The notes below the pieces were generated by a model that searched no databases, was not told the origin of the DNA, and saw only the letters and a list, made by a program, of their open reading frames with translations. A stretch of DNA of 64,000 nt from contig NC_134026.1 in the NCBI RefSeq assembly GCF_964204645.1, positions 15,534,150 to 15,598,149 on the forward strand, read 5' to 3'. The first letter of the stretch is position 1; the number at the start of each line of letters is the position of its first letter. Made by a program: the position numbers and the translations under genes. Of the stretch, positions 50,859 to 64,000 are shown in pieces. The stretch is from Tubulanus polymorphus. Its lineage: Eukaryota > Animalia > Nemertea.

Positions 50859-52519
50859 TGTAAAATAAGAAGTTATCCTATATAGTACTACTCGTCTCTT
50901 TATCAATTCTAATAATGTAAGTCTTTATTGTTTCTTTTTTGCTGGAACATGCATAACTTTTTCTGGACAAACTTTTATAATCTGTCAAATCATGGAATCT
51001 GAAACGATTGAGACGTTAAGACATTAAAACGTCCATAGTCAAATGTTTTTCGGCTATAATGAATGTAACTAACTCCCTGGGGCAATGAAGCGCACGATGA
51101 AATGATCCCCCTATTGTAATCCCACTCTCATCGCTCATCTGCTCGGCTGTCCAGGTACGCGCCTCCCTCACACTTAATACTGTTTCGTCCGGGGCAAAAC
51201 GAGCGGCGGGGTTGTTGACAGAGAGATCTCCCGCCAATCTCACCACTCGACTGTCCGCGATGCGTCTTTCTAACGATTGCTTGGAAACAGAAAGTTTCCT
51301 CGACGACGATGGCGTCAGCGTGACTGGCCATTTTGTTGCGATACTAACAGCATCACGAGACCGTCAAATTATTCAAATAAAATTCGGTTAAGCTCATTTT
51401 CATGAATTTGATGTCCGGAACAAACAAAATGTTAATTTTTTCATACAGAAATTCGATTTCAGGATAGAAGGCGGTAGAAACAAATAAAAAACATAAATCT
51501 TCGATAATAAAAATTAAATAATAAAAATAACGGTAATAAAAACTAAAAAAGAATGTTTCCTAATTACCGAAATGACGCAAATAAAGGCGGCGGATCCGTG
51601 CTCCAACTAATTAAAAAAAGGCCTAAGCTACGTAACTTGCCACAGGGGCCATTTTATATAATATGGTAGAATGAGGTATAACAGAATATTGTTGCATGGC
51701 CATGAATGACACTATTGCTCACGTTAAGCTTTACAATATGATCCTGGATGGATTACATGGATAGATTATCGGCCCAATGACAAGTGGGACAAATGAGAAT
51801 TTTGGCCCGGGACGCGGAACCAAACGATGCGGGCCCAATGAGATATGGAAACCAATGAGCTGTGGGACCACATACATCATCCTGGGAATGAACTCGACAG
51901 ATTTCAAGTGGTAATTTGCCTCTTGTTGGGTTTTCTGTTGAGTAACTTACTAACTGATGGAGTGAGATGGGATGATACCATATTCACGTTGAAATGGTGA
52001 TAACACCTAGCACCTAGGAAAGTTACACAGTCACGGCTAAGATTAAGAGATTGGTCCACTGGGCTATATGGAATTAGTTCAAAAATTTTCAAAAATTATC
52101 AATCATTATACTCATTGACGATTAAACATCAACTAATTGCATTGGAATTATGTTGTTACTTTCAGAAATTCACAAATCGAAAAGAACGAAAACTCTATCC
52201 AAGACGTAAGTGTTTATCAACGGAATAGTATCGTTGTTCCAGGGTCACCCTGACACAATACACAGACGGGATATAAAGCTTCTGATTATATATGACATAT
52301 TAGCTTTCATTCATAAGACATATGAATTCTGGAATTACAAAAGAACATTTTGAAAATTAAACATTGTTCATGACGATTTACAACTTCTTTTTTTAACATG
52401 TCAGAATTTTTCTGGTGTTGTCACATTGCGGAAACGCGAATATTTTCCAATAACGCGATATTTTATTGTAAAAAGTACGGGATTATCCCCTGTGGGACAA
52501 AAAACTACCAATCGATGTT

Positions 52520-53905
52520 AAGATTTAGTTCTTAATCCCGTCCCGTCTCCTCCAGTACACAGATTTAAGACATCTAGTTTAGCTTTACCAAGTAGAGTCA
52601 TCGTAGAACTATTCCACATCTGCGTTATCTCGATGTAACGCTTCCATATCGTGTTCACGTTTGCACCACTGACGAGTTGAAACTTGACTTCACATCCGTT
52701 CACGAATATTCGGGCACTGATGGGATCAAGCTGTGGCTGTACACCATAAAGAACACGTAACCGGTCAATAGTTTAATCGCTGTCTGACTCTGACTTGCAG
52801 CTTCAACTGCTTTTACGACCTTGGGTTTTGTGCACTAGGATTTGAAGTAATTTTCCCATGACAGTTATTGCACGTCATTTGCAAGGCTTGACATTTTTTC
52901 ACGACAAAAATCATGCTGATACCCATAGACCATACATTCTCGGCTAGTTGGTTTCAATGTATCGAGTCGGCTTCGATAGGGCTTTTTAGTAGAACCCTGT
53001 CAAGGTCAGGCCCGTACTCAGGATTCTTTTTAAGGGAGGGGGGTTCTACTTGGATAAATAGGGCAACATCAACGAGAATGGCAGGCACCCAAGTGATGGC
53101 AGGCGCGAATCAAAGAGGATGAGAAAATTTTGATATTTTACCAGCTTTTAGATCACTTTAAACATACACATGGGTGGATCCTTATAAAATAGGCATTATC
53201 CACGAAAAACGAGGGGGTCTTGGGGTCCTTCAGAAATTTTTGAAAATTTACAGATTTTTTGTGCCAATTTCCAAGCAATAAATAGCTCCTGATACGAATT
53301 GCTTTCTGAAATTTACTGCATTAAGATGTAGTTTCAATAAGATGAAATCCTGAAGAATGATGTACCATTTTGTTGAAAAAATATCTACTTTCACGAATGC
53401 ACGGTTCGAATGCACGGCATGGCTTAATCATCTTCACCCGGGGACAGAGAACGCTATCTTGTCTCGACCCTTTTCTGTCCCGAAATTGCACGACGTTGCA
53501 CTCTTGCGGAGTCCTGTGAGGTATCATTCACCATTTGTTGCATTCAATGCACCAAATGGTTCAATCTGAGAGTGTTCCAGAATCGATGCGCTTTGAGGTT
53601 AACGTTTTATCGTTATTTTTATCATCCCCGTTCTCGTTCCTCTCAAATTGATCATTGATTTTAAATACCTTCAGCCCGGCACAGTGCGATTTACTTCTTA
53701 CCTTCGTTTCGTTACACGTACCTAGTGCTACTGCGATTTTCGGGAAAATCACCAACCGACGTTTCCATATCTTAACATTTTCAGCGGCATTACCGTCTGC
53801 AAGATCTGCGGCGGGGGATGGAATGATCCCGGCGATCGACATTTTCACGTTGCACGATGCACGTTTTTCGCCATATTATCTCGTTATCCAGTCCGGTCAC
53901 CAGTT
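52520..53905 (-). pseudogene. Ty3/Gypsy gag-protease remnant
   Basis: PBS-like TGGTGACC near 53902; gag-like start PSPAADLADGNAAENVKIWKRR; degenerate zinc knuckle (CQALQMTCNNCHGK) near 52860-52900; protease VNGCEVKFQLVSGANVNTI (degenerate DxGA). Confidence 0.65.
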
Positions 53906-55171
53906 AAATTAGTACGTTCTAAAAACTGATAATGAGGTCAATTATTAGGCAAAACAAATCGCTTGTAAACCTATCGTCAATATTACTGACGGCGATATTT
54001 TATACCTTAGCCGAAGCTTTGAATTTACCTGGCTCATAAGAAGACCGATAGCTTCAAGCAATGTCGGTGAAACAGCAGAAACCGTACTAATTTGTAGAAT
54101 GTATGTTTTATGCTATCTGGCCCACTACGCATTTTACACGGAGTCTTATTTAACGCTACAAAATTCAAACTGCATCTCGAACAGGTGTGTACCGACAGGG
54201 TCTATGATTAGATAAACGCTCCTGTTATTTCTGTTGTTTTATCAAGAAAATAGAAGGTATTGTATCTTATATTTTAGATTCCATAACGACCGCACCAGAT
54301 TTTGTATGACAGGCAAAATCTGGTCCAAGTTTTGCACGAAAATGGGTACCAAGATGATTCAAAAGGTAGAAAAAATGAATTCTCGATTATCGTTTTTGGA
54401 GGCCAATACTCCTTATTTACCATCTTTAAAACCCTTATCGAATCGTATAACGGCAATTAAAATTTCAGATATTGTTCAAAACAATCTTTGTCATTGTTAT
54501 TGGATCATTCTGTAAGTAAACTCTTTGACCGAGCTCGGTTCTGTATAAATGCTATTGCAGCGGTGTACGCTTGCATAATAATAAAAATAAATTCTCACAC
54601 GCTCGAATTTATTTTTATTTTTCACTCACTCAACCTTTCAACCTCTGATATGAAAATACATATACCCTATTACCCTGATAATTTCATATTTATATGAATA
54701 TAATATATATGATCATGGCAGCTGTAGCGTGGGTCGAGCTGTTTCACTGAGCGTCTAGGATGAACTGCCGCCTTGTCTATGAATAACTATAGATTTCAAG
54801 CATATGGAATAGTTTCAGATTATGACGGTGCAGTGGAACTATAAACCTGTTAAATATGGTATTTGATACACGGGGAATTACTATTAAAGGGTAACTGACA
54901 CTTTTTTTTTTATTTCAAAATTCGATAAGTTCTATCGAACTAAGGAAGACTTTGAAATAGTTCTGTTCAAAAATGTGTAGTTTCCGCTAAAATCGTGATT
55001 TTATAAGACAATTTTTGACCTCATTTCGTTGTATACATCGCGTTAGAAATCATCGGCAATTTCCGTCGATCTCCGGCGCTGTGACGTCAATAAAGTGAGC
55101 ACTGAAAATTCTCTTCTATGAGATAACGTTGCGTTTTTACTACTCGGCGTGTTTTCACTGCTTTTTCTCAA

Positions 55172-58100
55172 ATGCCAAATCGTTGTGTTTGCTTTGGGTG
55201 CGATTATTCGGATAGGGGTATATTTCTTTTTCCGAAGAATCCTGTTCTTCGAGAAAAATGGGCTTCTTTTGTAGGTTTAAAGCGATTGAATTGGAGCGGC
55301 CCAACGTCGAATAGCGTCGTGTGTTACCGGCATTTTACCAACGATGATTTCGTTAATAAAATGCAGTATGATGCACAATTTGCAAAGAGGTAAGTTTCAT
55401 TCAGTCATCTTAACATTTATTCGAGACATGGTTTGAGAATAATTATTGTATGGGCTTGAAAATCACTGTTAAAAGGGTCGCATTTTCAAGTCCAATTCAA
55501 ATCAATAAAATTTATTTTTTCCACGCGCGGTATCCAATTCATAATTTTTTATGTCAAAATGCCGTTTAACTTTTGTTTGCTAAGCGTGATTGTAAAACCA
55601 TGCCTTCTAGGTCAGCTTACATCGTGTGACAATAGAAACATCTTTTCATTGAACTACTACTATAGGCCACAGTGCATTGGCCATCGTACAATAGGCTTTT
55701 ATTGTCATTGTGAGTGCCTTACTTCACTCACTAACTACAATAACAAAATGAATATTTCACGAGCCTTGTGAATTAACGGTTGCCTTTTGCTTGAAATAGA
55801 TTGTTGCTGAAACAAGGAGCCGTGCCATCGATCCACACTGTGATAGAAACCCCTGAATCTACATCTCAACCAGAGGATTTCTTCTCGCCACCACGAAAGC
55901 CTGGACGAAAAGTGTTTGAGAAGAGGGAGAGACGGCGAGTCATTGCTGAGACTGAGAGCCAGGTTTTGCATAATCTTCAACCAAATTTGGTTGAAGATTA
56001 TGCAAAACCTGGTGAAGATGACGGCGGGGAAGTGTATGCGGAACCCGGTATCAAATCAGAGTTCGAGGCGACAAGAGAATTTGCTGTGCAGGCTGAACCG
56101 GATTGTAAATCTCGAGGTAGGATTTTCATGATGGTATGGTGTATCATTGTCATTCAGTTTTGAATATATCACTGTAATCATTGAATTTCATGTTATTTAA
56201 TGATAATTTTTTCTAGGGATGCAAACGCTGAAAGAAACTGCACAGGTGAAGACCAAAATTGTGTACCGCATCAAACCTAAGATTATCTACAGAACGCCAT
56301 TTAAGGCTCAGCGTTCAGTTGGAATCCAGGAAAATGCATTGAGTGAGTATTCTTTATTCAGTCTATATCGTATTATGGTACGGCTTGTATTATGGGGTTT
56401 TTTATGATATCATCTATTCTCCCTATCTATTTAATCCTACTACTGTGATTGGTCTGTTTTAGCCCGAAACATTGGTATTCAATGTAAGCGACCTGCTGAA
56501 GAACTTACAAATACCTCAAAAGCCATTTGTATTGGAGAAGAATCAGATTTAGGGAGTGACAGTGAAGATGATGACTATCATCCAGATTCGGCAGAAGAGT
56601 CAGAGATGGACAGTGGCTCTGAGGATGATTCTGAAGGCAGAGTTATGTTTGAAGAAATGAGGTTAGTAAAGTATAATATTTTAATCATGAATGATATTTT
56701 CCTTTCTTTTGTATAAAACTTCATTTATCATTGCAGTGATGAATCGGATAAGTCGTATAAAGACCAAACCAAGATTATTGTGTTCCAGTCAGCAATTCTG
56801 CAGCTGTTACAATACTGCCGGCGCTGTGGAAGAGAGAACCAAGTTTGGAAGAGGCACAGAGGAACAATGTTGACTGTCAGAACAAATTGTTTGAATTGTG
56901 GTGAAACTACTGAATGGTCCAGCCAACCAACAGTTGCTCGAGGAATTCCTATATTGGATGTTTTATTAAGTGCCATGGTTCTTTTAACAGGAAGTTTGCC
57001 CACAAAAGTTTTTCGACTGTTCAAGTAAGTTGCAGTAAAAACAATACTTTCAGTCTAATCAAACATAATTTTTTAAAGTTATAAATGTAATGGTCAATCC
57101 AATTTCAGTTTCATGAATATAAAGGCTCAGAGTACCAGGACATATTTCCGGTACCAGAAAAACTATCTTCACGATGCTGTTTCATCTGTGTGGGAAGCAA
57201 GTAGATCGGCACTTGTCAACAAATTACCAGGGCCACGATTGCTTGCTGGTGATGGACGTTGCGATTCTATGGGTCATTCTGCTAAATTTGGAAGTTACAC
57301 TCTGATGGATTTAATAACTAACAAAGTGATCGCGTTTCAACTTGTTCAGGTATGTCAGAACCATAAAATCTTGCTTTTTCCTGAATTTAAAACAGAGAAA
57401 GGTTTACGTCTATCTTTGTTATTGATTTTTTTAGTCGAATGAGGTAAAGAATTCAAATGCAATGGAATTGGAAGGCTTAAAGCGTTGCCGAATACAGATA
57501 GGAAACCTGAAAGTGATGGCATTTATTTCGGATATGCACATTCAAATTACTAAATGGACAAGGGAAGTTTGGAATGTAGCTCACTATTATGACTGCTGGC
57601 ACGTTGTTAAAAGTAAGTTCAAAAATTCTTTGTGTAGAATTTACATATCACTCACGGAATCAAAAATGAGACGAAATACTAATTTTTCATTTCAAGGTAT
57701 AACTAAGAAACTAGAAATAATGTCAAGGAAAAAGGAATGTGAAGAAATCAAGGATTGGATAAAGTCAATAAAATGTCATTTGTACTGGTGCACTGCATCA
57801 TCATCACCCGGGGATAAAGAAGGCATCAGTAAAAAATGGTCATCAGCAGTCAAACACATCCAAGACAATCATGAAGACTGCAGCCATGAACCCATAACAT
57901 CAGAAAAGAAATGGCTTTATCCAGGTAAGATATTATCTATTGCAACTACTGAATCAGAAATTATATCTAATTTCATGTGATGAAACATTTGATGTACTAT
58001 TTACAGGATCTTTGGTTGGTGATTCTATGCAAAAATATCTGACGAATACACGGGTTATAAATAAAGTGAAGATGATGTCACCATACGGCCAGACCAGTAA

Positions 58101-58667
58101 ACTGGAGTGTCTTCACAGTTTATTCAATCATTTTGCCCCGAAGATGATTCAGTTTTCTTACAATGGAATGACAAGCAGGTAAGCAAAGTATATAACAATT
58201 GAGTGATTTCTATTTTTTTCATACATATGTCCCTGCTAAGACTTATATCAATGTCTTATGTCTTCTCTTAGGTTACAAATAGCTGCCCTACATTTCAATG
58301 AGAATAGTGACAGAATACAAGGCACAAAGATTGATGGGACAAAAAAATATAGCATTGTCTATCCAAAATACAAGGACACCCACACATTAGGAAAACTACT
58401 CACTGATGCCACTTATGGTGAATATTAAAGTCATTAACTAAACTTATGTAAATAATTCATTACCAAACACATTGTTGGCTAACAGTGTTTTTTATTTCAG
58501 AATATGTCGACATTTGCTGGAACAAGATACTCCAGGACGTGGAAGAAGCAGATAGGCCGAGGAAAATAATCACAGTACCACCAAATCTCACATCAAACAA
58601 AGAAAAAATCACCAAAGAGGAAGCCATCGCAATGCACAGGACAAGATTCAAAAAAACTAATAGATGA
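55172..58667 (+). CDS. Kolobok THAP-domain DDE transposase, 11 exons, ~759 aa
   Basis: Exons 55172-55389, 55800-56116, 56217-56342, 56463-56661, 56737-57024, 57109-57349, 57435-57612, 57697-57924, 58007-58178, 58272-58417 and 58501-58667 join at GT-AG sites into one open frame (2280 nt). THAP MPNRCVCFGC..FP..W..VCYRHF..AVPSI; catalytic GDGRCDS, ISDMH, DCWH, TSKLECLHS; AALHFNEN. Confidence 0.9.
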
Positions 58668-59363
58668 TTGAATGGTAAGTCTCTTGACATTTGTATTGAA
58701 GGTATAATTTCATTTAAAATTGTAATACATGCACATGAAAACATTATTATTTTGAAAACATTATTATTATATTGATTTTCTTAAAAAATACATTCTTTTT
58801 AGGTCTGCGGAAAAAATGATGACCCGAAGTGATGATTTAATTCGAAAAATAATGTACGAAGAAATATATTTGAAATTTGGCAGTTCAAAGATACCGAGTA
58901 CGTTTTATTTCAACATCAGGAATCATGATATATCTTGTATTCGTTTTATAATTCAACCTAAAATATTTTTCATGTCTTTTTCAGGTGATAAAGACAAAAT
59001 ATCTACATTTGCATGGGAAGATTAATGGTGAAACTACAAGTCTAAGTGAAAGTTGTAGACACCAGTTCACTCAATAAATGATCTGTAGAAAATTGATAGG
59101 AAACTGAAAATAAAATTATTGATCTGCTTAAGCATAACAAAACTGCTCCTTACTTGAACAATTAATTGCGATCAGATGTTTAAATTAGAACTCAATGGAT
59201 TGAAAGCAAAACGTTTTATACATTATAAATATGCAATAAAATTTATATTTTATATCTAAGCGATGTCATTGTTTTATTAAAATATCTGTAAGAAAAGCAC
59301 AAGTTAAGAAGAATATATAAACATCGTTAGAATTTTTAAGTTGAATTCTTCTATTTTAATTCA

Positions 59364-60313
59364 TTATGGTCCATCAATCGACACATTACGAAATCCTTTA
59401 TATACATGGTCCTCCTCATAACCGTCCTCAGGGAAATGTGCGCGGATGCACGAAACGACACAAGCAGGCAAAATTCTCCTATTCTCCTTGCCCAAATATC
59501 CCCAACACCACCGAACAAATGATCTGTATGCTACATGTCTTAATTTCGCATTTGCTGGCCCTTCAAAACTTTTCCGTCCGTACTGCCGTTTAAATTCGGT
59601 CCACATCAGCTGCAGGACCCAAGGGTTCAAACAGATCGAAGCGAAAGCTGCTGTGTCCGTCATGCAGGTCTCTTCATTTTGTCCGGACTCCTCCCAAACC
59701 CATTCCAGTCTTCTTTTCACGACATCAATCTCCATACAGCACACACACTCTTGCTCCGTCTCTAAGATCTGACAGTGTCCACATTGGCACCTAAAAAGAT
59801 TATCCATAAAAATATTTTTAAGGTATGGATATAGGTATCTACTTGTTGTAAGCCTATGCTGATGCAATGCAGTGCAAGAATAGTCCAGCAGTGCCAGCAC
59901 AACGACGTTGAATCGCACTGAGCTTTTGAAACGAACATGATAAGATTCTCTCAACTTCGCCAACAAAGCTCAAAAACCTATAATTAAATCTACGGCTTAA
60001 TGAATCTTAAAATATATATTTTTAAGTTAATTGTTATATGAACATACCACTGATTCAGATTATCCAGCTCCAAACGGTTTATTCGGCCTTCGTCGTCGTC
60101 TCCCTCTGCCTCCGGTCTGGGTCCATCGCCGTTTCGCTTCGGTTCTGCCTCTGGTTCGTATAAATACGGCCCGATCATTAATTCCTCTTCGTCACTTGTT
60201 TCCTGCCATTCAAAATCACTAAGCGATTCATCTGAATTTGATGCCGAAGTGGCATTAAATTCAGATGAATCGCTCCCATTGTCCGATTCTCTATTCATTT
60301 CTATAGACGCCAT
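59364..60313 (-). CDS. KolX accessory protein (P2X7 cytoplasmic/nanor-like Cys-rich domain), 2 exons, ~230 aa
   Basis: Exons 60313-60048 and 59790-59364 join in frame (693 nt): acidic N-terminus, PYLYEP, WCQCGHC, ECVCCME, RHVAYRSFVRWCWGYLG, LPACVVSCIRAHFP. Confidence 0.88.
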
Positions 60314-63026
60314 TATTGAGTCGCTGCCTTTAATGACGTAGTTCTATAAATAGCCCGCAGTACACGTGTTTTTCCGGAACGATGTAAACAAAACGAGGCG
60401 CGCGAAAATCAAAATCATCAAATATCATTATAAATTGAAATTTTTTCCGATCTTTCAAATTGTCAATCTCAATAGTATACTATAATGAATCATTTTATTC
60501 CAAAAGTAGAAAATTCTTGAAAAAGTGTCAGTTACCCTTTAATCCTCAAGATATAGGCCTACGTGATTCGACTGCGCCATATTTGATAACGAAATCACCC
60601 ATAATCCAGCCCGAAAGACAGGAAACAACCCTATCTAAGTCAGCCATGTGTAAGCCCGAAGCATTCTATTATCCAAGTGTACGGCTAAGCTCCCCGGGGG
60701 CCTGGTGTAAGTGTTCCTACTATTCTACATACCATACGTGTTCTCTTCTGTACTAGATCAATGCCAGTAATCCTTTTTGAAAAATTATGATGACAGTTTC
60801 CCATACAAATACCATTGTTTCATGATTAGATCATATTTTTCATTTTGAAGGTAATGTTATGTATTATACCACTGTGCGAATCCTGCCTGCGATGAATTTC
60901 AATTACTTTATCAAATGCCGTCTGCAGTTGGGTTGTTCTTGTATAAAATCAGAAGTCTTAGTATATACTCTCCTAGCTATTGTCCTATCAGCTAAGTCAG
61001 TGGTCAAACGTTGTTCATCGGTCATATCGTTGTAAGTCGTCGTTTTCCTGTCTATTAAATTTGATTCTCATATTCAATTGCACTGCAATGTCTAACACAA
61101 CGTTAACCTTACTTGAACTAACAGTACTAACATTAGTAACTTAAAAGGAGACCATCAAATGTAAGATACAAATTTCAGAGTTATCTGAATCAACTGACAA
61201 CTGACTCAAATATAAACAATGAACCACCTTCCAAACCTCCCAATAACTTTGATAAATCTACTATCTAAGTTGAATCAAGCATCTATTTAAAATACCAATT
61301 AAAGGACTGTATATCAACAAATGTGTTATGAAAAACACTTGAATGCTCCAGAAAGCCTTTACTGGATTTCACTAAAATCTGACGAATTTTTAGATATTCA
61401 AAACCGTTACCTGGCAAATCCCAGTTCCCTAATTTGTTTAAATACAAACTTTTAAACCCAATAATTAAACTTTACATATGACTTAAGCGCTTAACAAGTC
61501 ACTCATAAACATTTTTATACGAAGTATGACGATAACTTCCCTGAAATTCAAGGGATTTACACAACCACTTTGGTTTACCAATAAACCTCATTTCACCCTG
61601 GAATATCACAGGAGATATACTTTACTGCCTTGAGTAGGACAAAATAAAAAACCTCGACAACACCTGTAATTTGACAGGGCAAGCTTTAAACTTCAATATC
61701 AAGTTAATATACACTACATTCAATCACCCTGTAATATTGCAGGAATAATCTTTTATAGCATTTAGTATGTCAGAATGAACATATAACCTTCGCACTGCCT
61801 TAAGTAGGTCAGGATAAACATACAACTTACACGCTCAGTATTCAGAGCAAAAATCTTCTCACTGCCTTAAGTAGGTCAGGATAAGTTTCAAACATATATC
61901 TTCATCAAGAAATTACAAATTATCCTTCAAACATTAAAAAAACCTTCGTCACTTTGTTTCTGGGGTTATACTCAGTGATAGTACGGCGCGGGTCAATGTA
62001 TAGTACGCTGCAGAGCGCGTCTTGTCTATTTAAAATGATCAGGTCATAACTTCGTTATAATTCATCCGATTCTCTTAATTCTTGCTTTATTGAAAGAAGA
62101 AGATTTTGGGCTATCTGTGTATGTAATTTGTTTTCAGATTGATCATCATTTGCGCTACAAAAATCTATCCCGAAAACTTCCGTCGCTCAGAAAAAAATGA
62201 GCGGGATTTTCCTATTAAAGTTCACGAGTTGATTTATGTATCCAATGCTCCAACCTACACTATTCTAAAAGTTCCTGGAAAAACATGTAGGTTGGAATGA
62301 TTACTTCAGTACTTTAGCCTCGAAATGGGCTATTTTTGCACTGAACCATAACTGAACAGATAATTGGTTTAAGAATTCCCGATTTTTTTTCTACATTAAG
62401 ATTGAAATCTTGAAGAAATGGAAGAGTTGAAATCTCATTCGTATAAAATCCCGCTATATTAGTAATTTTGGTGATTTCATCGCCTTTTCGACTCGGCTAT
62501 ATCCGTATCAATGACGTGAAATTTCCTGGTTGCAGGGAGAGAAAGGTCACCGAGAGCTGGCCTACATACGGTAGCTCGCGCGAACTGCCTGGAAATACTC
62601 TACATAGTACCGGGACACAAGCGGTGCAACAAACTTCACACAGTAACCTTGAGTCATAAAACCAAAAACCAAACAGGTGCAGCTCTAGTGCATACTTTGG
62701 GGGTCAGAAAACTTTTTACCTAAAAATTGTATAAAACTGGATATTTCAATACCATCTAAGCTCCTTATCAGCAATGTTGTGTCAAAACTTCATCGAAATT
62801 GAACAAAAATTGAATATATTGAAAATACAGATTTTATGTTCAAATCCGTTATTACTGGAGGAATTTTTATGAAAAAACATCCATGGAATCAGTGAAATAT
62901 AACTAAGAAAAAGAATATGATCAAAATGATTTCGAACATATATGAAAAAAGTTTTTTTGAATCGTCATTATGGTACTGTGTGAAACTGGTGAGAGCCAGA
63001 TGTGTTTGTAAACGTTATACACAAAC

Positions 63027-63445
63027 TAAAGGAATTAAATCACAAGAATATAAAAAAGCTGTACAAGAAAAAATAAGTAATAAAAATGTTAATAAAAATA
63101 GTGAAAATATTGTTATTTCTACTCGTTCTAATGATAGAATATTTGATAAATGTCTATATTTTACAGTTGGATTTGTAATTGTATTCATTTTGATTGGGTG
63201 TAATTGGTATAAGAAATAAAATAAAATTCATGATATTGATAATTCTGAAACAACTGCTATCAAAAATGAAAATACTTCTGAAATTCCAAAATTGATAATG
63301 AAAAAAATGGATTAATATTTTAGAAAAAAAAACAAAAAAAATAGTTGAATATCTCACTACTTTTGTCTATCTATGCGGAGCAATTAAATTGTCCAGATAA
63401 GTCATTTCGGATTCTAGATATTCATTATTTTTATTAATTTATCTT
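63027..63445 (+). mobile_element. Fragment of a second, related Polinton copy
   Basis: Colinear high similarity to 45282-45592 joined directly to 47251-47345. Very AT-rich sequence continues to ~63760 but does not match the first copy. Confidence 0.88.
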
Positions 63446-64000
63446 GTTTTTTTAATTTGAAGTTTTTACTTGAATATTGTATTACAGTCGTTTCTTATTA
63501 TTAGTTTTTTCTTAAATTGAAAGATGGCAGCACTGGGTGTGATGCTAAAATGAACATTTGAATTTGAATTTGTTAATCAATTAACATGGTAATTGATTAC
63601 TAATTTGATTTAAAATTATATCATAATTAAGTTAAAAATCCATAATTCATTTATCAGTTTTCATTCCTATATTCTTTTCATTCGGAATAATTTATAATTT
63701 CAAATTTCACATATTTCTTTAGTAAACACCAACAACATTTACTTAGGTGTTTTAGCTAAGTATATAAGGCAATTCATTCCAACGCTGGAGTAGCTCTGGC
63801 CAGCAGAGGCATTTTGAAAATGCACTCTCCGGGTTTCTCCTTCGGTTTCGAATTTCGAGATTGTTAGAAATTACATTAGGCGCCTTTAATATAATGTGAT
63901 TTCTGCCAATCATTGAAGGAGATCCCGGGTGACGTGGGTCGCGGGGTGTAAGTAGAAATGACGGGGGATAAGCGTCCCGTGGCGCCTTTCAATAATGGGA

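Larger units (their letters stand above)
54888..60538 (+). mobile_element. Kolobok DNA transposon, apparently intact (5651 bp)
   Basis: Perfect 19-bp TIRs AGGGTAACTGACACTTTTT, TTAA TSD (54884-54887, 60539-60542), two convergent spliced genes. Confidence 0.93.

Noticed and set aside
51016-51331. GC-richer overlapping minus-strand ORFs
   Set aside because: Possibly a degraded exon, but no recognisable motif supports a call.
59364-59966. Host P2X7 receptor gene
   Set aside because: Only the cytoplasmic Cys-rich domain is present, with no channel domain, and it lies inside Kolobok TIRs.
61590-61890. Loosely repeated CACTGCCTTAAGTAGGTCAGGATAA motif
   Set aside because: Only two or three degenerate copies with irregular spacing; no structure or function can be supported.

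Overview
Eukaryotic, AT-rich genomic DNA, probably from an invertebrate animal (spliceosomal introns, a rhodopsin-type neuropeptide GPCR, animal-type transposon families). It contains one apparent host gene, an intronless GPCR at 10607-11878 (-), in a matrix of nested mobile elements. The centrepiece is a complete but decaying 17.8-kb Polinton/Maverick-type endogenous virus at 29997-47770, with ~93-bp TIRs and a 6-bp TSD (GACATA), inserted inside a small MITE. It carries a protein-primed PolB, minor and major capsid genes, a chromodomain integrase, a packaging ATPase and several membrane or unknown ORFs, but no recognisable protease. Two things stand out. (1) The polymerase has a LAGLIDADG-type intein inserted in catalytic motif C (YFD|SVTADTP...IAVN|TDA), with termini resembling giant-virus PolB inteins. 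(2) 13 of 15 gene starts sit in a TAAATG initiator, mostly behind a T-tract, which is the architecture of poxvirus late promoters. Together these suggest, by inference only, a Polinton that depends on or co-replicates with a cytoplasmic large DNA virus. The window also holds an apparently intact Kolobok transposon (11-exon THAP-DDE transposase plus KolX), a decayed IS3EU-like element with a HECT gene, nested CACTA/EnSpm relics, BEL and Gypsy remnants, a minimal hammerhead ribozyme, MITEs, microsatellites and a fragment of a second Polinton copy. All family assignments come from motif recognition by eye; no searches were run.
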